A stretch of 64,000 nucleotides of DNA from Candidatus Bathyarchaeota archaeon (GTDB taxonomy: Archaea > Thermoproteota > Bathyarchaeia > Bathyarchaeales > DTEX01). Positions within the stretch are counted from its first letter, which is position 1; the number at the start of each line of letters is the position of its first letter. Below, piece after piece: positions 11,011 to 23,900 of this stretch. Where the stretch lies: assembly GCA_963714275.1 (NCBI GenBank), contig CAVQNT010000006.1:256001-320000 (forward strand). The letters are read 5' to 3'. A model generated the notes under the pieces. The model worked only from the letters and a program-made list of their open reading frames with translations. It ran no database searches and was not told the origin of the DNA. Position numbers and translations under genes: made by a program.

Positions 11011-12375
11011 TTAGAACCCAGCTTCAATGAGATCAGCTGATTTCATGAACTCTTTGAGAACAACAGTCGCATAGGAACCTTTATGCAACATGAATCGGAA
11101 TTTTATGGTTTGACTGTTTTGGTCAACTTTGTTTTCATCAACACTGAAGCTAAAGTCCAGAATCGATGACAAGGCATTTCTTAAACCGCCTTCAGCGCTT
11201 GCTTCAGGCATTTCTTTTAGGCGGAAATTTTCAGCTTTGGCTCCTTCTTCCTCTAGAATGTTTGTTTCGATCTGTCCTTGAGCTCCGCCTGAAATATCCT
11301 GGTTGTACCCTATTAAGGGCAAGGCAACAGCCATTTCCTTTTTACTGATTGCTTCGTTGATTGCTGAAGCTTCGTCAGGTCCTGTTTTCCTGATACTGTT
11401 CGTAGGCGACCCTTTTTCGTCTAAACTTACCACGTAATCTCCTGGATAGGCTTCAGTAAGTGATATTCCATGTTTCATTCTCTCGCTGAGGAACCTGTTA
11501 AAAAGGAAGGACTGGTAAGCCTGCACGAAAAAGGCACGTAAGTTGCGAGGGATTCTACGGAAAGCTCCCAAGAAGTCGTTTGAATACCTTGAAAGATGCA
11601 TCATCATCAGCCTTTCGTAAACAAGCCTTCTGGGAAAGAATCGCAGACAGTCCCTGTAATCTCTGGTTTCTCTCAGCCGTTCACGAGCTCTGGCAGAACG
11701 GCGATGTTCATGGACGCTTGGCTCTGAAAGAAAAATTAAAGCCGCCTCCTCAAACTCGCCTTTCACGATGCAACGCCCAACTCTATGAGTGAAAGGTCTA
11801 ATTGTGCCAAATCTTTGATGCCCAAAAAAGTTCGGAACACCACCAAGAACCTTAAGCATATTCCACGTCTCTTCAATCCTTTGCCTAACAATGTCAGCAG
11901 AATAATTAACTGACCTCATGGTTATGTCGAATCGGTTCCCGAAAAGAACCTTCGAGGAAATTTTGTCAGACGAGAAACGTGTCGGAATAACACTCGCATC
12001 TTCTAAGTGAACCTTTAAAATCCTCTCAATTGAGACACCACCTAGGCTTATGTGTTGAGCTGTCAGAGCTCGAGCGTCCTTTATTCCAGCAATGCTGATT
12101 CGTTCAGGATCAACGCCTACTTTCTTTGCTATCGCCCTGACAGCTGCGAATGTGTCCCACCCCTTCTTTATCAGAACACACACGACGTATCGTCCATGAC
12201 CCGAACTCAACGCCTTCATGTCTGATGGATTAACAGAAGCTTTTGAACCGTCAACAAGCATTTCTTCGACTACGAAATCTTCGGGGAAAGTCCGAATTTT
12301 GCCACCTACTCCAAGACTTTGTGAAGCGTATACCTCGATTCCGAAGACGGCCTCAAGTTCAGGAACTTTTTCCAT
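11011..12375 (-). CDS. truD: tRNA pseudouridine(13) synthase TruD
   Basis: PEDFVVEE, AGIKDARA, GNRF, PNFFGHQRFG, GSYATVVLKE. Confidence 0.95.
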   Translation of the reverse strand: MEKVPELEAVFGIEVYASQSLGVGGKIRTFPEDFVVEEMLVDGSKASVNPSDMKALSSGHGRYVVCVLIKKGWDTFAAVRAIAKKVGVDPERISIAGIKDARALTAQHISLGGVSIERILKVHLEDASVIPTRFSSDKISSKVLFGNRFDITMRSVNYSADIVRQRIEETWNMLKVLGGVPNFFGHQRFGTIRPFTHRVGRCIVKGEFEEAALIFLSEPSVHEHRRSARARERLRETRDYRDCLRFFPRRLVYERLMMMHLSRYSNDFLGAFRRIPRNLRAFFVQAYQSFLFNRFLSERMKHGISLTEAYPGDYVVSLDEKGSPTNSIRKTGPDEASAINEAISKKEMAVALPLIGYNQDISGGAQGQIETNILEEEGAKAENFRLKEMPEASAEGGLRNALSSILDFSFSVDENKVDQNSQTIKFRFMLHKGSYATVVLKEFMKSADLIEAGF

Positions 12376-12394
12376 AAATATCCTCTTGACGACT

Positions 12395-12790
12395 TCAGTA
12401 AAGCGGAAGGTTTCCTGTGACCTTGTCAACCAGATTCGAAGGGGCAGGACCAACCCCAAGTGCAGTCGTCGTGCCTGGAGGGAGCTCAGTTAATCCCATG
12501 TCTAAAACCAAATACGTGGGAATCCGCAGCTTCAAGGCTTTCTTTTCCAGCTCCAACAGTTCCGCTTCTGATTCCGCCTTCAAAACTATCTTCCGCTGCC
12601 CCTCTTCGATCCAGCTGCGAAACCATGATGGACGTTGTTTTTTGGCTGCTTCAGACGCAGAGACTGCTCCATGGCATGCTTGAACAGCAGCTTTGCCGCA
12701 GCTCATCTTCAAATCCGACCTTAGGACCACTGCCTGTTTAAACCCAAACGCTTGAGGCAAAATCTCGTTAACGTTGTCTTTAGTCTTCAT
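12395..12790 (-). CDS. pth2: Peptidyl-tRNA hydrolase Pth2
   Basis: KQAVVLRSDLKM, GQRKIVL, DMGLTE, LGVGP. Confidence 0.95.
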   Translation of the reverse strand: MKTKDNVNEILPQAFGFKQAVVLRSDLKMSCGKAAVQACHGAVSASEAAKKQRPSWFRSWIEEGQRKIVLKAESEAELLELEKKALKLRIPTYLVLDMGLTELPPGTTTALGVGPAPSNLVDKVTGNLPLY

Positions 12791-13171
12791 CGTCTCGTCC
12801 CAGACAGTATATTACATAATTATAGAATATTAGGTTTCAGCCAATTTCAGAATGTTTTTTACTCATTATATGGAATAAAATTTCAAAGATACTTCATAAA
12901 GCTAACTGACTAATGCTTGACTATAAGAATATGCGATTTCATGGATGATTAATCCATTCAACGCACTAATCATGTATATACAGGCGTGTTAGAAACAAAT
13001 ATTTTGGTTCCTCATCGTTTCTAATTTTGAAGTAGAAGTTCAGCCAGAATGACGTCTAACAAATTCCAGAGCAGTGGATATACTTGCCAAGGCGAACCAA
13101 CAGCAAAAAAGCATCGTCCAGTAAAGGTTACTGTAGTCTCTCGTGTTTAACATCAAAGGGGTGTTTCAGAA

Positions 13172-13711
13172 TTGGACTATGAGGCTGCTTGGGAGCTTAT
13201 ATCTAACTTGATTGCGGAGCTGCGGAAAAGCGGAGAAACAATCCCCATGAAGGTGATGAGCGACCTTCGTGCTGCTAAGACCATGATGGAAGTATACAAG
13301 GTCGACAAGTCTCATTCTGAGAATTTTCAGAGAATCGAGGAGTACCTTACTAATCTCGAAACTTGCCTAGTGCCTATTGCAAACAGAAAATTCGGTAAAG
13401 AATATATCGACATGTGGCTGAAAAAACTCGAAGAAACTCACAGGCAATTCCCCAAGGGGGAATTAGGACCTTCAAAAAGATTTCCTGTAGGTGTTCCTCG
13501 GGAAAGTAAATGGATTAGGATTGAGGCTTCAGAAAAAATCGCAACAGAAAAGATTAAACATCTCGCGAGGCAAATTGGTTTAAAATCAAAAATCCAAACG
13601 GACGGATGTGCCCTCGTGTTCGGAGAGGAACAAAAACTAAAACAGTTCGTGAAAAACTTGGCTGAACTGCTTCGTGAAGACAATAAAAAACGTTCAAGTG
13701 CGTCGAGGTAA
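13172..13711 (+). CDS. Conserved archaeal protein (DUF2096-like)
   Basis: W..L..L..ELRK.G..IP and RFPVGVPR resemble DUF2096 proteins. Confidence 0.6.
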   Translation: MDYEAAWELISNLIAELRKSGETIPMKVMSDLRAAKTMMEVYKVDKSHSENFQRIEEYLTNLETCLVPIANRKFGKEYIDMWLKKLEETHRQFPKGELGPSKRFPVGVPRESKWIRIEASEKIATEKIKHLARQIGLKSKIQTDGCALVFGEEQKLKQFVKNLAELLREDNKKRSSASR

Positions 13712-13768
13712 CTGGTGGCTGAGTGATGATACATCAATCTGCTGGATGGATTTAAGGAGCATTGAAGG

Positions 13769-16700
13769 ATGCCTTTCATAAAGAAGATCGAGGTTAACGG
13801 CTTCAAAACGTTTGGCAGAAAGACGACTCTGATGTTTGAAAAGGGATTCACAGCGATAACTGGACCGAACGGAAGCGGGAAAACCAACATTATCGACGCG
13901 GTTCTGTTTTGTTTAGGTGAGCTCAGCTCAAGAAGGCTCCGGGCGGAAAACTTTTCGAAACTCATTTTTCACGGAGGCATAGACCCAGATGTTAGAAAGA
14001 AGGGTAACGCTAAAGTCGTCATCCAGTTTGACAACACAGACAGTCGGTTGCCAACAGACACCTCTACGGTTACGCTTTCTCGGGAGATCGACGAAGATGG
14101 CCAAAGTGTCTTCAGAATCAACGGTCGCAGAGTCTCCAGAGCCTACGCTATAGAAATCCTTTCAATAGCGGGCATCAGCCCCTATGGATATAATGTTGTC
14201 CTCCAAGGAACACTTACAAGACTGGCAGAAATTTCGCCCCAAGAACGCAGGAAAATAATCGAAGACATGATAGGAATCGCCACCTATGACACAGAAAAGG
14301 AGGAAGCGGAAAAGAAGCTGCAGACAGCGGATATTTCAATAAAGACCGCGATGGGGCAAGTAAGCGAAGTCCAGAACAGGATAGAGGCTCTTGAAAAAGA
14401 AAGAAACGACCTGCTTCGTCACAATTTTATCCAAAAAGAAATTAGACGTTTTGCTGCAGTCAAAATTTCTTACGAAATTAGGAGCACCCAAGAAAAAATC
14501 GACGAACTGGAAAAGCAGATCGGTAGCCTAGAAAAAAAGATTGAAGAAATTAGAACCCAAAGAGAAAACCTCCGTTCGAAGCGTCACGAAATCGAGGCTG
14601 AATGGAGAAGACTCGGCTTCGAAGAGGTTGAGGAAAACCAAACGAGGGTTCTACAGATTCAGATAGAAATAGGGGAACTACGGTCAAGACTCGTTGAGTC
14701 TTTCGACAAAACTGACAGCAAACAAATCCAGCGTAGACGGTCTCATCAGAATAAAAGACAACTCCACACAGCAAATAGAAACCTTGAAAAATGAGATTGA
14801 TGGAGTCAAGAATAGTGTCAAGCAGCTCACGCCAGTTCAGGATTCACTGAGTAAAGAAATCGCGGAGAACCAGTCAGTTTATGACGCAGTCAACGAAGAA
14901 ACCATGAAAGCCAGAGCAAACGTAAACGAAATAACTAAAAAAATACGGGAAGCCGAAGTCCAGCTGGAACAACTACACCAAGAGACAATAAATCTTCGCA
15001 GCCAACGGGCAGAAACAGAGTCCAAAATTAACGTTTATTCGGAAAGGCTGAGGAACCTTAAAGAAAGAAAAAACGACCTTGGCAACGCATCGAACAGGCT
15101 CGAAGAGTCCCTTAAAAGAGCTTGAAAACATACACAAGGAAAGAACAGAACGGTTAAAATTTCTGCAGGAGTCTCTTCAGAAAAAGGCTGAAAGAAAAGG
15201 AGTCTTGGAAACCGAAATCAAAGAGGCAGGAAAAATCGCTGACATAGCCAGGGAAGCTCTGGTCGAGTTTGAGACCCGCAAAGACCTCGTGGGTAAGTTC
15301 ACAACCGAAGAAAACGCATTGAAACAAGTCGAGGAACTGGGTCAACTCGGCGTCATCAATGGCATTGACGGTCGCCTCAAAAACCTCATAAACGTCCGAA
15401 AAGGGTACGAACGCGCAGTGGAAGCTGCAGCTGCAGGATGGCTGAATGCGCTTGTTGTCGAAAATTTAGAAACAGCCTTCACGTGCGTCGAAACTTTACG
15501 GCAGCTTAAGCTGAGGAAGGATCAAAATTGTTCCGCTTCAAGGTTTGTCGCCAGCCAAATTGGTCAGCTTACCACAAATTAAGGGTGTAGGTGACAAGGT
15601 CCTATCCTTCGTGTCATACGGCGAGAAATATGTTTCAGCAGTAACATTTGTCCTAGGTGATACTTATCTAGCAGCTGACGAAAAAGCAGCGCTTGTTGCT
15701 TCGCACGTTGGCTTCCGTTCAGTCACGAAGACTGGTGACCTTTTTGAACTGGGGGCGGAGTTGAAAGCGGATTCTACAGGGCGCCCATTGATTTCTCTTC
15801 TTTCGTGCCAAGCGAGTCAGCACTTAAGAATCTTGACAAAGCCATAACCGTGTTGAAGGAGAACCTGACGAAAAGGGAAACCGACATCGGCGAACTGGAA
15901 AAGGAGATTGCGGACATTCAACAGGAGATTACATCTTACGCGGAGGCTTTAGGCAATCTCGAAGCTGAGACGGAAAGGACACGAAAAAGCATACATGACA
16001 CGAAAGCCAACATCGAACGCGCTGAGAAGAACATATCTAGTCTACAAAGTTACCTTGAGGAAGAAAGGGCGCATATTAAATCTTACGACGATGCCAATGA
16101 GGATTTGACAGCTAGAGAGAAGAGTTTGCGTGAAGAGCGGGAAAATCTCAGGAAGAACGTTGACCTTTCAGCAACGCAAGAAAGAGAACAGAAACGAGAA
16201 GCTTTAGGAACCGAGACTATTGAGCTAAGACAGAAACTCGGTAAAGTGGAGACTGAGCTCTCAGTATTGCAGTCAAAATTGGACAATGTGTTGAATACTG
16301 GGTTGGAGAATGCTCACGTTCAGCAAGAAAAGGCGTTGAACCAGATATCCACGTTGGAACGTGAAATTAACGAATCCAACAAAGAGAAAGAGGTGGTTCA
16401 AAACAAAATCAAGGAGCTTGAAGCAAACAAGGAGAAGCTCTCTAGCACTCTGTTGAATGCAAAGGGCGAAGCGAAGAAGTACACTTCACAGATCGACGAG
16501 ATAGATGGCAAACTCCGAGTTCTGGAAGGAGAATATGAACAGGCTGACATCCTGCTTGACGAGTTAAGGCTTAACCTTCAAACCCTTCGTCTTCAGATCG
16601 GGAGATATCTTGAGCAGCTCAAAATTTTAGGCTACGAAGAACCCTTGCCAGTTACATCAGGCAACATTCAAGACGTTGAGACGTCGCTTAAGATGATGAG

Positions 16701-17319
16701 GTTTGAACTGGAACGAATAGGGGCGGTTAACCAGCTCGCGCAGGCACAGTACGAGGACCAAATTTCGAAGTACAAGGAACTTTCGATTCGCATGAATGAG
16801 CTCGAAAAAGAAAGGATGGCGATAGTTGAGTTCATCGAAGAGATCGAAAGGAAAAAATACAACGCCTTCATGGAAGCCTTCAATAAAATAAACGAAAAGA
16901 TCGACAAGTACTTCTCTAAGCTCACGGATGGAGGAAATGCGGCGTTAAAACTTGAAAACCCGGAGAGTCCATTCGCTGGGGGCGTGGATATGATCGTCCA
17001 GTTCATAGATAAACCGCCCATTCTCGTAAGCGGAGCCAGCAGCGGAGAACGTTCAATCTCAGCCGTCGCTTTTCTGTTTGCATTGCAGGAATTTACCCCA
17101 GCCTCATTCTACCTCTTAGATGAGATTGACGCTCATCTGGATGCTTTCCATGTTGAAAAGCTGGGTGAGCTGCTTGCTGAGGAGGCTGCTAAGTCTCAGT
17201 TTGTTGTGATTACACTGAAGCCTGAGATGGTCAGTAAAGCTGACAGGATTTACGGCGTCTATGGTCACGAAGGCGTCTCGCATGTGATTTCAACAACCTT
17301 TAAGGGAGTTACGCAATGA
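13769..17319 (+). CDS. smc: Chromosome segregation protein SMC (four apparent indels)
   Basis: GPNGSGKT, long coiled coils, hinge, GAVN, SSGE signature, LDEIDAHLD. Confidence 0.95.
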
Positions 17320-17990
17320 CTGAAACCAGCCTTAACAAGCCGTTTTATTTTCGTCCACCGTGGAATATTCTGTTCGACCTGCAGTTGCTGGAGAGGTTGA
17401 ACCCTTGGGACATCAACCTGTCTTTCCTGCTCCTGTCTTTTCTTGAAGAGATGGAAAGAAGAACCGAAGTTGATTTCAGAGCTTCGGGCATGGCGCTTAG
17501 TTCATCCGCTACTGTTCATCTCTTGAAGTCGGAGCTTTTGCTCAAACTTGAACACCCCCCTTCAATTCCTGAGCCGCCATCTGATTTTATTCCGCCTCCT
17601 TTGATTCTTCCCCTCAGATACGAGCTGACTACGACGACGATTCAGAACTTGCTTGAGGCTTTGGATAACGCATTGAAGACCGAGAAGCTTTTTGCCCTTA
17701 AGACGCCTGCTAGAACTGGGTTTCTCCCTCAAGCTGAAGTCATCCCCGCAATCAGCGTTTATTTGATAGAACTGGAGGAGCAGATGGAGAAGCTGCTTAA
17801 GAAAATGTGTTCGCTTTTCGACGAAGGTAAGGTTATCACCCTTTCAAAACTGGTTCTGGGATCGGAGAAGCTTGACCAGATACGAAACTTCATCATTTTG
17901 CTCTTTTTGGCGCAGAAAAACAGGGTGACATTGTGGCAGGAAGAGAACTCCGACGAGGTGTTCATAACCATTAATGGGGGTCAACAATGA
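17316..17990 (+). CDS. scpA: Segregation/condensation protein A (kleisin)
   Basis: NPWDIN, FIILLFLA; overlaps the smc stop. Confidence 0.85.
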   Translation: MTETSLNKPFYFRPPWNILFDLQLLERLNPWDINLSFLLLSFLEEMERRTEVDFRASGMALSSSATVHLLKSELLLKLEHPPSIPEPPSDFIPPPLILPLRYELTTTTIQNLLEALDNALKTEKLFALKTPARTGFLPQAEVIPAISVYLIELEEQMEKLLKKMCSLFDEGKVITLSKLVLGSEKLDQIRNFIILLFLAQKNRVTLWQEENSDEVFITINGGQQ

Positions 17991-18595
17991 CAACCGAGGC
18001 TCAAAAGACATCTGCAGACACTGAAGAGGAAAAACAAAAAAAAGACTTAGCCATGCTGGAGGCTGCCCTTTACGTGGCGGGTCGCCCACTTGACATCAAC
18101 ACGTTAGGTTATGTCATTAAGACTCGGTCGAAAAAGAAAGTTCAGCAGCTAGCCAGAATGCTGATAGAAAAATATGGGCATCTGGAAACACCGCTCGAAG
18201 TTTTGGAGCTTGACGACCAAAGGTTCGTCCTCCAGTTAAAAGCGGAATACTCACCGAGGGTTAGAAAACTTGCGGTGAGACCTTTACTCACAGACGGTCC
18301 ATTGAGAACTTTGGCTTACATAGCTTACAGGCAGCCTGTTACACAAAAGCAGGTTGTTGACGCAAGGGGAGCTCATGCATATGGTCACGTGCGGCAGCTG
18401 GTTGACAATGGGCTTGTTGACCGTGAAAGCAGCGGACGAAATAAAATATTACGGGTTACTGAATTTTTCGCAGACTATTTCGGTTTAAGCCACAATCCTC
18501 GAATCATGAAGCGGCAGCTGAAAAGAACATTCTCTGACGTAATGAATGTGCCACCTCCAAATCTCGAAGGAGAGCCAGAAACAGAGGAAGAATAA
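17987..18595 (+). CDS. scpB: SMC-Scp complex subunit ScpB
   Basis: LEAALY, TLAYIAYRQP, F.DYFG. Confidence 0.93.
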   Translation: MTTEAQKTSADTEEEKQKKDLAMLEAALYVAGRPLDINTLGYVIKTRSKKKVQQLARMLIEKYGHLETPLEVLELDDQRFVLQLKAEYSPRVRKLAVRPLLTDGPLRTLAYIAYRQPVTQKQVVDARGAHAYGHVRQLVDNGLVDRESSGRNKILRVTEFFADYFGLSHNPRIMKRQLKRTFSDVMNVPPPNLEGEPETEEE

Positions 18596-18660
18596 TCATA
18601 ATCCGCTAGATTTATATTAACCTGAACCTTTCCTTCTTTTCTGGCTAAGGAGAATGTGAC

Positions 18661-19053
18661 ATGTCAGGATGGCACGGCAACTTACATAAAAAGAAACCTA
18701 CTGGCGGAAAAAAAAGGGCGTATCGAGGAAAACGAAGGTTTGAAAGAGGATCCTTTCCAGCAGAGACAGTCGTAGGCGAAAACAAAACTAAAACCGACCG
18801 AAGAAGAGGAGCCAATCTGAAGGTTCGGTTAGTTAGCACCAAATACGTTAACGTTTCAGACCTCTCAACCGGAGAAACCAAAAAAGTTGAAATTCTTAGG
18901 GTTCTAGAAAATCCCGCTGACGTGGACTATGACCGAAGAGGCGTAATCACGAAAGGAGCACTTCTAGAAACATCCCTAGGAACAGTCCGCGTAACCTCTA
19001 GACCCGGACAATCCGGAGTCCTCAACGCAGTCCCAGTTTCTGAAACTACATAA
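18661..19053 (+). CDS. rps8e: 30S ribosomal protein S8e
   Basis: KPTGG, ITKGA, VTSRPGQ.G. Confidence 0.96.
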   Translation: MSGWHGNLHKKKPTGGKKRAYRGKRRFERGSFPAETVVGENKTKTDRRRGANLKVRLVSTKYVNVSDLSTGETKKVEILRVLENPADVDYDRRGVITKGALLETSLGTVRVTSRPGQSGVLNAVPVSETT

Positions 19054-19108
19054 ACACACGTAAAACCCCAGCGAATTCTTGTAAATATTAGTTTGGGGAT
19101 TTAAGGCT

Positions 19109-19393
19109 GTGCGGAAACGGGACGAAGTCGTCTTATGGTCTGTTTATTTTGATTCAACGAGAACTAGGGCTGAAGGAAGAAAGATTCCTAGAAGGCTCGC
19201 AAAACCAGCTCCGACATTAGACATGGTTGGGAAGGCGGTCGGAAATTTAGGTCATTCGTATGAGGTTGTTTCTGAAGCTGCCCACCCTCGTTTTCATTGG
19301 AAAAAGACTGGTTTCATACTTGTTAAGAAAACGAAGCCTAAAAACCAGCTTATCTTGGAAGTTGCTCAGGAAATTTCGAGACTTGTGGTCTGA
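19109..19393 (+). CDS. srp19: Signal recognition particle protein SRP19
   Basis: YFDSTRTRAEGRKIP, HPR. Confidence 0.9.
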   Translation: MRKRDEVVLWSVYFDSTRTRAEGRKIPRRLAKPAPTLDMVGKAVGNLGHSYEVVSEAAHPRFHWKKTGFILVKKTKPKNQLILEVAQEISRLVV

Positions 19394-19464
19394 ATTTCAA
19401 ATAAGAAACGTTTATATAACAAGGTTGGTGTCTTTTCGTTACTTGTTTTTGTGGAGCTGACGAT

Positions 19465-19722
19465 TTGAGGAGAATAGGGCAAGTCATTCATATCAGTCCA
19501 GGCGGAAAAGCCATTGTGAAGGCTGAGATAACTCCAAGAATCGGCGAAACAGCTTTAGACGAAAAGAACAGACAGGTGGGAAGAATTTTCGACATCATTG
19601 GACCCACTGTTTCTCCATACGTCGAACTCAACCTTAGCGTTGAGGACCCCCAAAGCATCGTTGGAAGCTTTCTTTACATTCCTTCTTCACAGAATCATAA
19701 GAAATGGAGCAAAAAAAGATGA
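19465..19722 (+). CDS. gar1: H/ACA RNP component Gar1/Naf1
   Basis: GRIFDIIGP...PY; conserved position before tfb. Confidence 0.85.
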   Translation: MRRIGQVIHISPGGKAIVKAEITPRIGETALDEKNRQVGRIFDIIGPTVSPYVELNLSVEDPQSIVGSFLYIPSSQNHKKWSKKR

Positions 19723-20666
19723 GTGTAAAAAAGAATTTGGCTACTACTCCCGGACTCAGGGACATCCAGCGATGTTCTGAATGTGGTGGGACAAGGCTGA
19801 TGAGAGACTACGAGTCAGCTGAGGTTGTGTGTATGGACTGCGGGTTCGTGCTTGACATGAAACTGACGGATCAGGGACCTGAGTGGAGAGCGTTTGACAC
19901 TGAACAAAGAGAAAAGAGGGCTCGAACAGGCGCTCCAGTGACGTTCACGATTCACGACAAAGGGCTTTCAACGATGATCGACTGGCATGACCGAGACATC
20001 TATGGCAAAAAATTCTCAGCAGGCCAGAAGGCTCAGATCTACCGTTTAAGGAAGTGGCAAAGACGGATCAGGGTTTCCGACGCAATGGAGCGGAACCTTG
20101 CCTTCGCTCTTTCCGAAATCACAAAGATAGCCAACAACCTTTCATTGCCTAAGAGCATTTTTGAAACAGCCTCCGTCATTTACAGGAAAGCAGTGAAGGA
20201 AAGGCTCATTCGCGGACGGTCAATTCAGGGAATCAGCGCAGCCTCCGTGTACATCGCGTGCAGACAGTGCGGGCTTGCTAGGACTCTTGAGGAAATCTCT
20301 AAGGCGTCAAACGTCAGCAAAAGAGAAGTGGGGCGGAGCTACCGTTTCCTCGTCAAGGAGCTCGATTACTTCATCCCTCCTGTTCGGGCAAACCAGTATG
20401 TTTCAAAGTTTTCGAATCAGCTAACGATGCAGGGAAAAGTTGAGGAAATAGCCAACAAGATACTCGTGACAGCAGGAGACCTCGAGCTAACATCAGGCAG
20501 AGGACCCACAGGCATAGCTGCAGCTGCGAGCTACATTGCCTCAGTTCTGGTCGGAGAAAGAAGGACTCAAAGGGAAATTGCCGAGATTGCGAAAGTGACG
20601 GAAGTCACTATAAGAAATAGGTATAAAGAACTCGTCGAGTGTCTACTCTTCAACATGGACCTCTAA
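19719..20666 (+). CDS. tfb: Transcription initiation factor IIB
   Basis: Zn ribbon, [22 protein letters not shown]. Confidence 0.97.
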   Translation: MSVKKNLATTPGLRDIQRCSECGGTRLMRDYESAEVVCMDCGFVLDMKLTDQGPEWRAFDTEQREKRARTGAPVTFTIHDKGLSTMIDWHDRDIYGKKFSAGQKAQIYRLRKWQRRIRVSDAMERNLAFALSEITKIANNLSLPKSIFETASVIYRKAVKERLIRGRSIQGISAASVYIACRQCGLARTLEEISKASNVSKREVGRSYRFLVKELDYFIPPVRANQYVSKFSNQLTMQGKVEEIANKILVTAGDLELTSGRGPTGIAAAASYIASVLVGERRTQREIAEIAKVTEVTIRNRYKELVECLLFNMDL

Positions 20667-20944
20667 CTGAATGTCTTTTTTAAAGTTTCGTTTCCATCAA
20701 TATTGTTGTGTGTTTCTTCCGTATTTCTAAGTAACAAATTTTTTGTTACAAGTTTTGGCTAGTGTATCCCAAAAAAGACATTAGCCAGATTGTTCATAAT
20801 TTTCGTAAACCATAAGAATTAAATACTATGTAATTAGAAAAAAACATCTACGAATATAGTAAATGAAGATCATAACGATAAAAATATATTCAAATCCAAC
20901 GTAAAAGGACACTTTAATGAACGGGAAGCTGGTTGCGGTAAAGT

Positions 20945-23900
20945 TTGGAGATAAAAATTCGAGGCGCAAGCGAACACAACCTGAAAGACGTAGACATCGA
21001 CATCGGCGACGGATTGACCGTTGTGACGGGAGTTTCAGGTTCAGGAAAAACCTCGCTCGTGTTCGACACCTTATACCATGAGGCTAGACGCCGATTCCTC
21101 GAAGTCTTCTCCAAAGGCAACTTCGCCTCGAAACTGTCGCCAGCCAACGTGCAATCCATAAATGGCATGGGACCAGCGGTCGCGGTGGGACAAAATCTCC
21201 TTAACCGTAACCCATTCTCGACTTTGGCCACAGCTTCAGGGCTGCACCCGTTCTTCAGGTTGCTTTACGCTAGATTCGGGACGCAGTACTGCCCACGTTG
21301 CGACGCTGAAATCTCTATCTTGTCTGAAGATGAGACTGTTGAACGACTATTGTCCATGGCTAAGCAGGAACAAGTCACGGTTTACGCACCTTTGGTTCGT
21401 GGTGCAAAAGGAAGCCACCGTACGCTGCTCAAGCTTCTCGCAGACCAATTCGGGAACGAGGTTCTATTTGTGGACGGGGAAAAGTGGCAGGAACAGACTC
21501 TTGATCCAAGAGAGCCTCATGGCATCGATGTAGAAGTCGGAGAGGTTAATGGTGAAACTTCTGCACAGATTGTTCGGCAAATCGTCCAGAAGGTTGCTGC
21601 ACTTGGGGGAAATGTAGTAAGAGCTCATTCAGCCAGTGCCGAGGTTACGCTTTCACGGGTTTTAACTTGCTATAAATGTGGAGAATGGTTTTCCGTCCTT
21701 GAACCTGTGCATTTCCACACGCCTTGCCCGCACTGCAAAGGGAAGGGATGTCAGCATTGCGGACAAACTGGGCTGCACCCGAGGGCTGCTTCCATCCGTT
21801 GGAAAGGACTGCGGTTGCCTGAACTTCTAGATTTATCGGTCGATGAAGCGTACAATCTTTTTGCTTGTTCGGAACTGCCTTCGTCTGCCTCAAGGTTAAT
21901 GTCCGAAATATCGCGTAGACTCGACGCATTGTTGACTGTGGGTTTAGGGTATGTCCAGCTCGACAGACCATCTCCGACGTTGTCGCGAGGAGAGTCGCAA
22001 AGGGTACGGCTTGCGGTTTCCTTAACCAGCCAGTTGGAGGACATCATCCATGTTCTTGACGAGCCGACCATCGGTCAACATCCAGCGGACATTGTCAGAT
22101 TACTTCCAGCCTTCAGAAAGCTTCACGGACCCGTCATCTACGTTGAGCACGACAGAGTCGCAGCTGCACTGCTGATACAACCATCGACATCGGTCCCGGA
22201 GCTGGAAATGAAGGTGGCCAAATCGTTTTTACGGGAACCCCATTGGAGCTTTGGAAGGCAGACACGGCGACGGGGCGATACTTCAGTTTCAGAGACAATG
22301 TACCTGTGCCTAAAGCACGTTCCGAACCTGAAATGTTTATCGTCATTCGTGGAGCAAGTGAACATAACCTGCAAAACATTGACGCCCCGATTCCTGTTGG
22401 CAGACTCACAGTTATAACTGGGGTTTCTGGTTCTGGAAAAAGCACGTTTGTTGAGGAAGTATTGGTTCCATCGCTTAAGAACCAGAAGCCGGTGGGTTGT
22501 GTCGCTGTTGATGGTCCCAAGTTAAAACCTGTGTTGGTGGACCAAAGCCCTATTGGGAGGAATCCGCGGTCCAATCCTGCCACTTATACTAAGCTTTCTA
22601 ATGTCATCAGAGACTTATTCGCCAATGCAACAGGGCTTTCAGCTTCCCATTTCTCATTCAACCGTCCTGAAGGAGCGTGCCGAAGATGCAAAGGCATAGG
22701 AGCCATAGAGGTCAGGATGAGGTTTTTACCCTCAACGTGGATTCCGTGTTCTGAATGCGAAGGCCAACGGTTCACAGACAAGGTACTGTCAGCTGGCGTC
22801 AGGTTTGAAAACGCTGAGTTGTCAATTGCGGATTTTTACAAGCCTGTCGATTTCCCAAGTCGACTCTCTGTTAAGGAAGGACCGAAGACTTTCAATAGCG
22901 GAGCACAGGACTGCTGTCCGAGTCCTTGACGCATTAGAAACGGTTGGGCTAGGATACCTGAGACTAGGACAGCCTTCTCCCACGCTTTCTGGTGGAGAGG
23001 CGCAACGTGTCAAGATGGTAAAGTTTCTCGGCAGGGGAATGCTTGCGGATCGGGTGCTTGTTCTTGATGAGCCTTCGACTGGGTTGCATCCTAAGGACCT
23101 TTCAGGTTTACTTAAGGTTCTTGACCGTCTTGTCCGAACTGGAGCCACCATTGTGGTTGTTGAACACAACACCGATGTAATTCGTGCGGCAGACTGGATT
23201 ATCGATTTGGGTCCCGGAGCTGGACCGAAGGGAGGAAAAGTCATCTACGCGGGACCACCAGCCGAGCTGCCACAAGTTAATAATTCTATTACTGGCCAAT
23301 TCTTGAAACAAGAAGCATCCATTTACCCTAATGCTGGTGAACAAAAAATTAAGTTTGCTGCTTCAAGGTGTATTTCTATCAGGAACGCTCAAGCAAACAA
23401 CCTCAAGAACGTAGACATTGATTTCCCTAAAGATGCATTCACGGTTGTGACAGGCGTTTCAGGTTCAGGCAAGTCCAGTCTTATTCGCGACATTCTTGAA
23501 GCGGAAGCGAAACGAAGGTTTCTGGAAACCCTTTCCATGTACGAAAGGCAGGGAACTCACGAAGGACCAGAGGCTCTCGTTGACTCTGTCGCTGGACTGG
23601 GCGTCTCAGTTTTCGTTTCATCAAGCAGCGGACCTTACGGGCGCCGGTCAACTGTTGGAACAATTTCAGAAATCTTGCATCACTTGGCTATCTTGTTGGC
23701 TACGGTTGGCGAAAGGGTCTGCCTGAATTGTGGAGTCACGATGAAACGCAACGAAGAATGGGATTGCCCCGCTGCCATAGTAAAGCTCCTATAGCAAAAC
23801 CTCGTCACTTCTTTTCTTCCACCTATGCTGCTGCCTGCCAAAAATGTCACGGTGTAGGAACAGTTCAGGTTCCTGTTCCAGAAAAACTCATCATCCACCC

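Noticed and set aside
12800-13170. Replication origin upstream of the smc operon
   Set aside because: AT-rich with scattered TCCA/TGGA, but no full ORB repeats or G-string and no cdc6 nearby.
13722-13765. Box C/D sRNA (GTGATGA)
   Set aside because: No properly placed CTGA D box or terminal stem.
13769-18595. smc-scpA-scpB as a Wadjet/Mks defence system
   Set aside because: Canonical full-length SMC in a housekeeping cluster, with no JetD/MksG nuclease.
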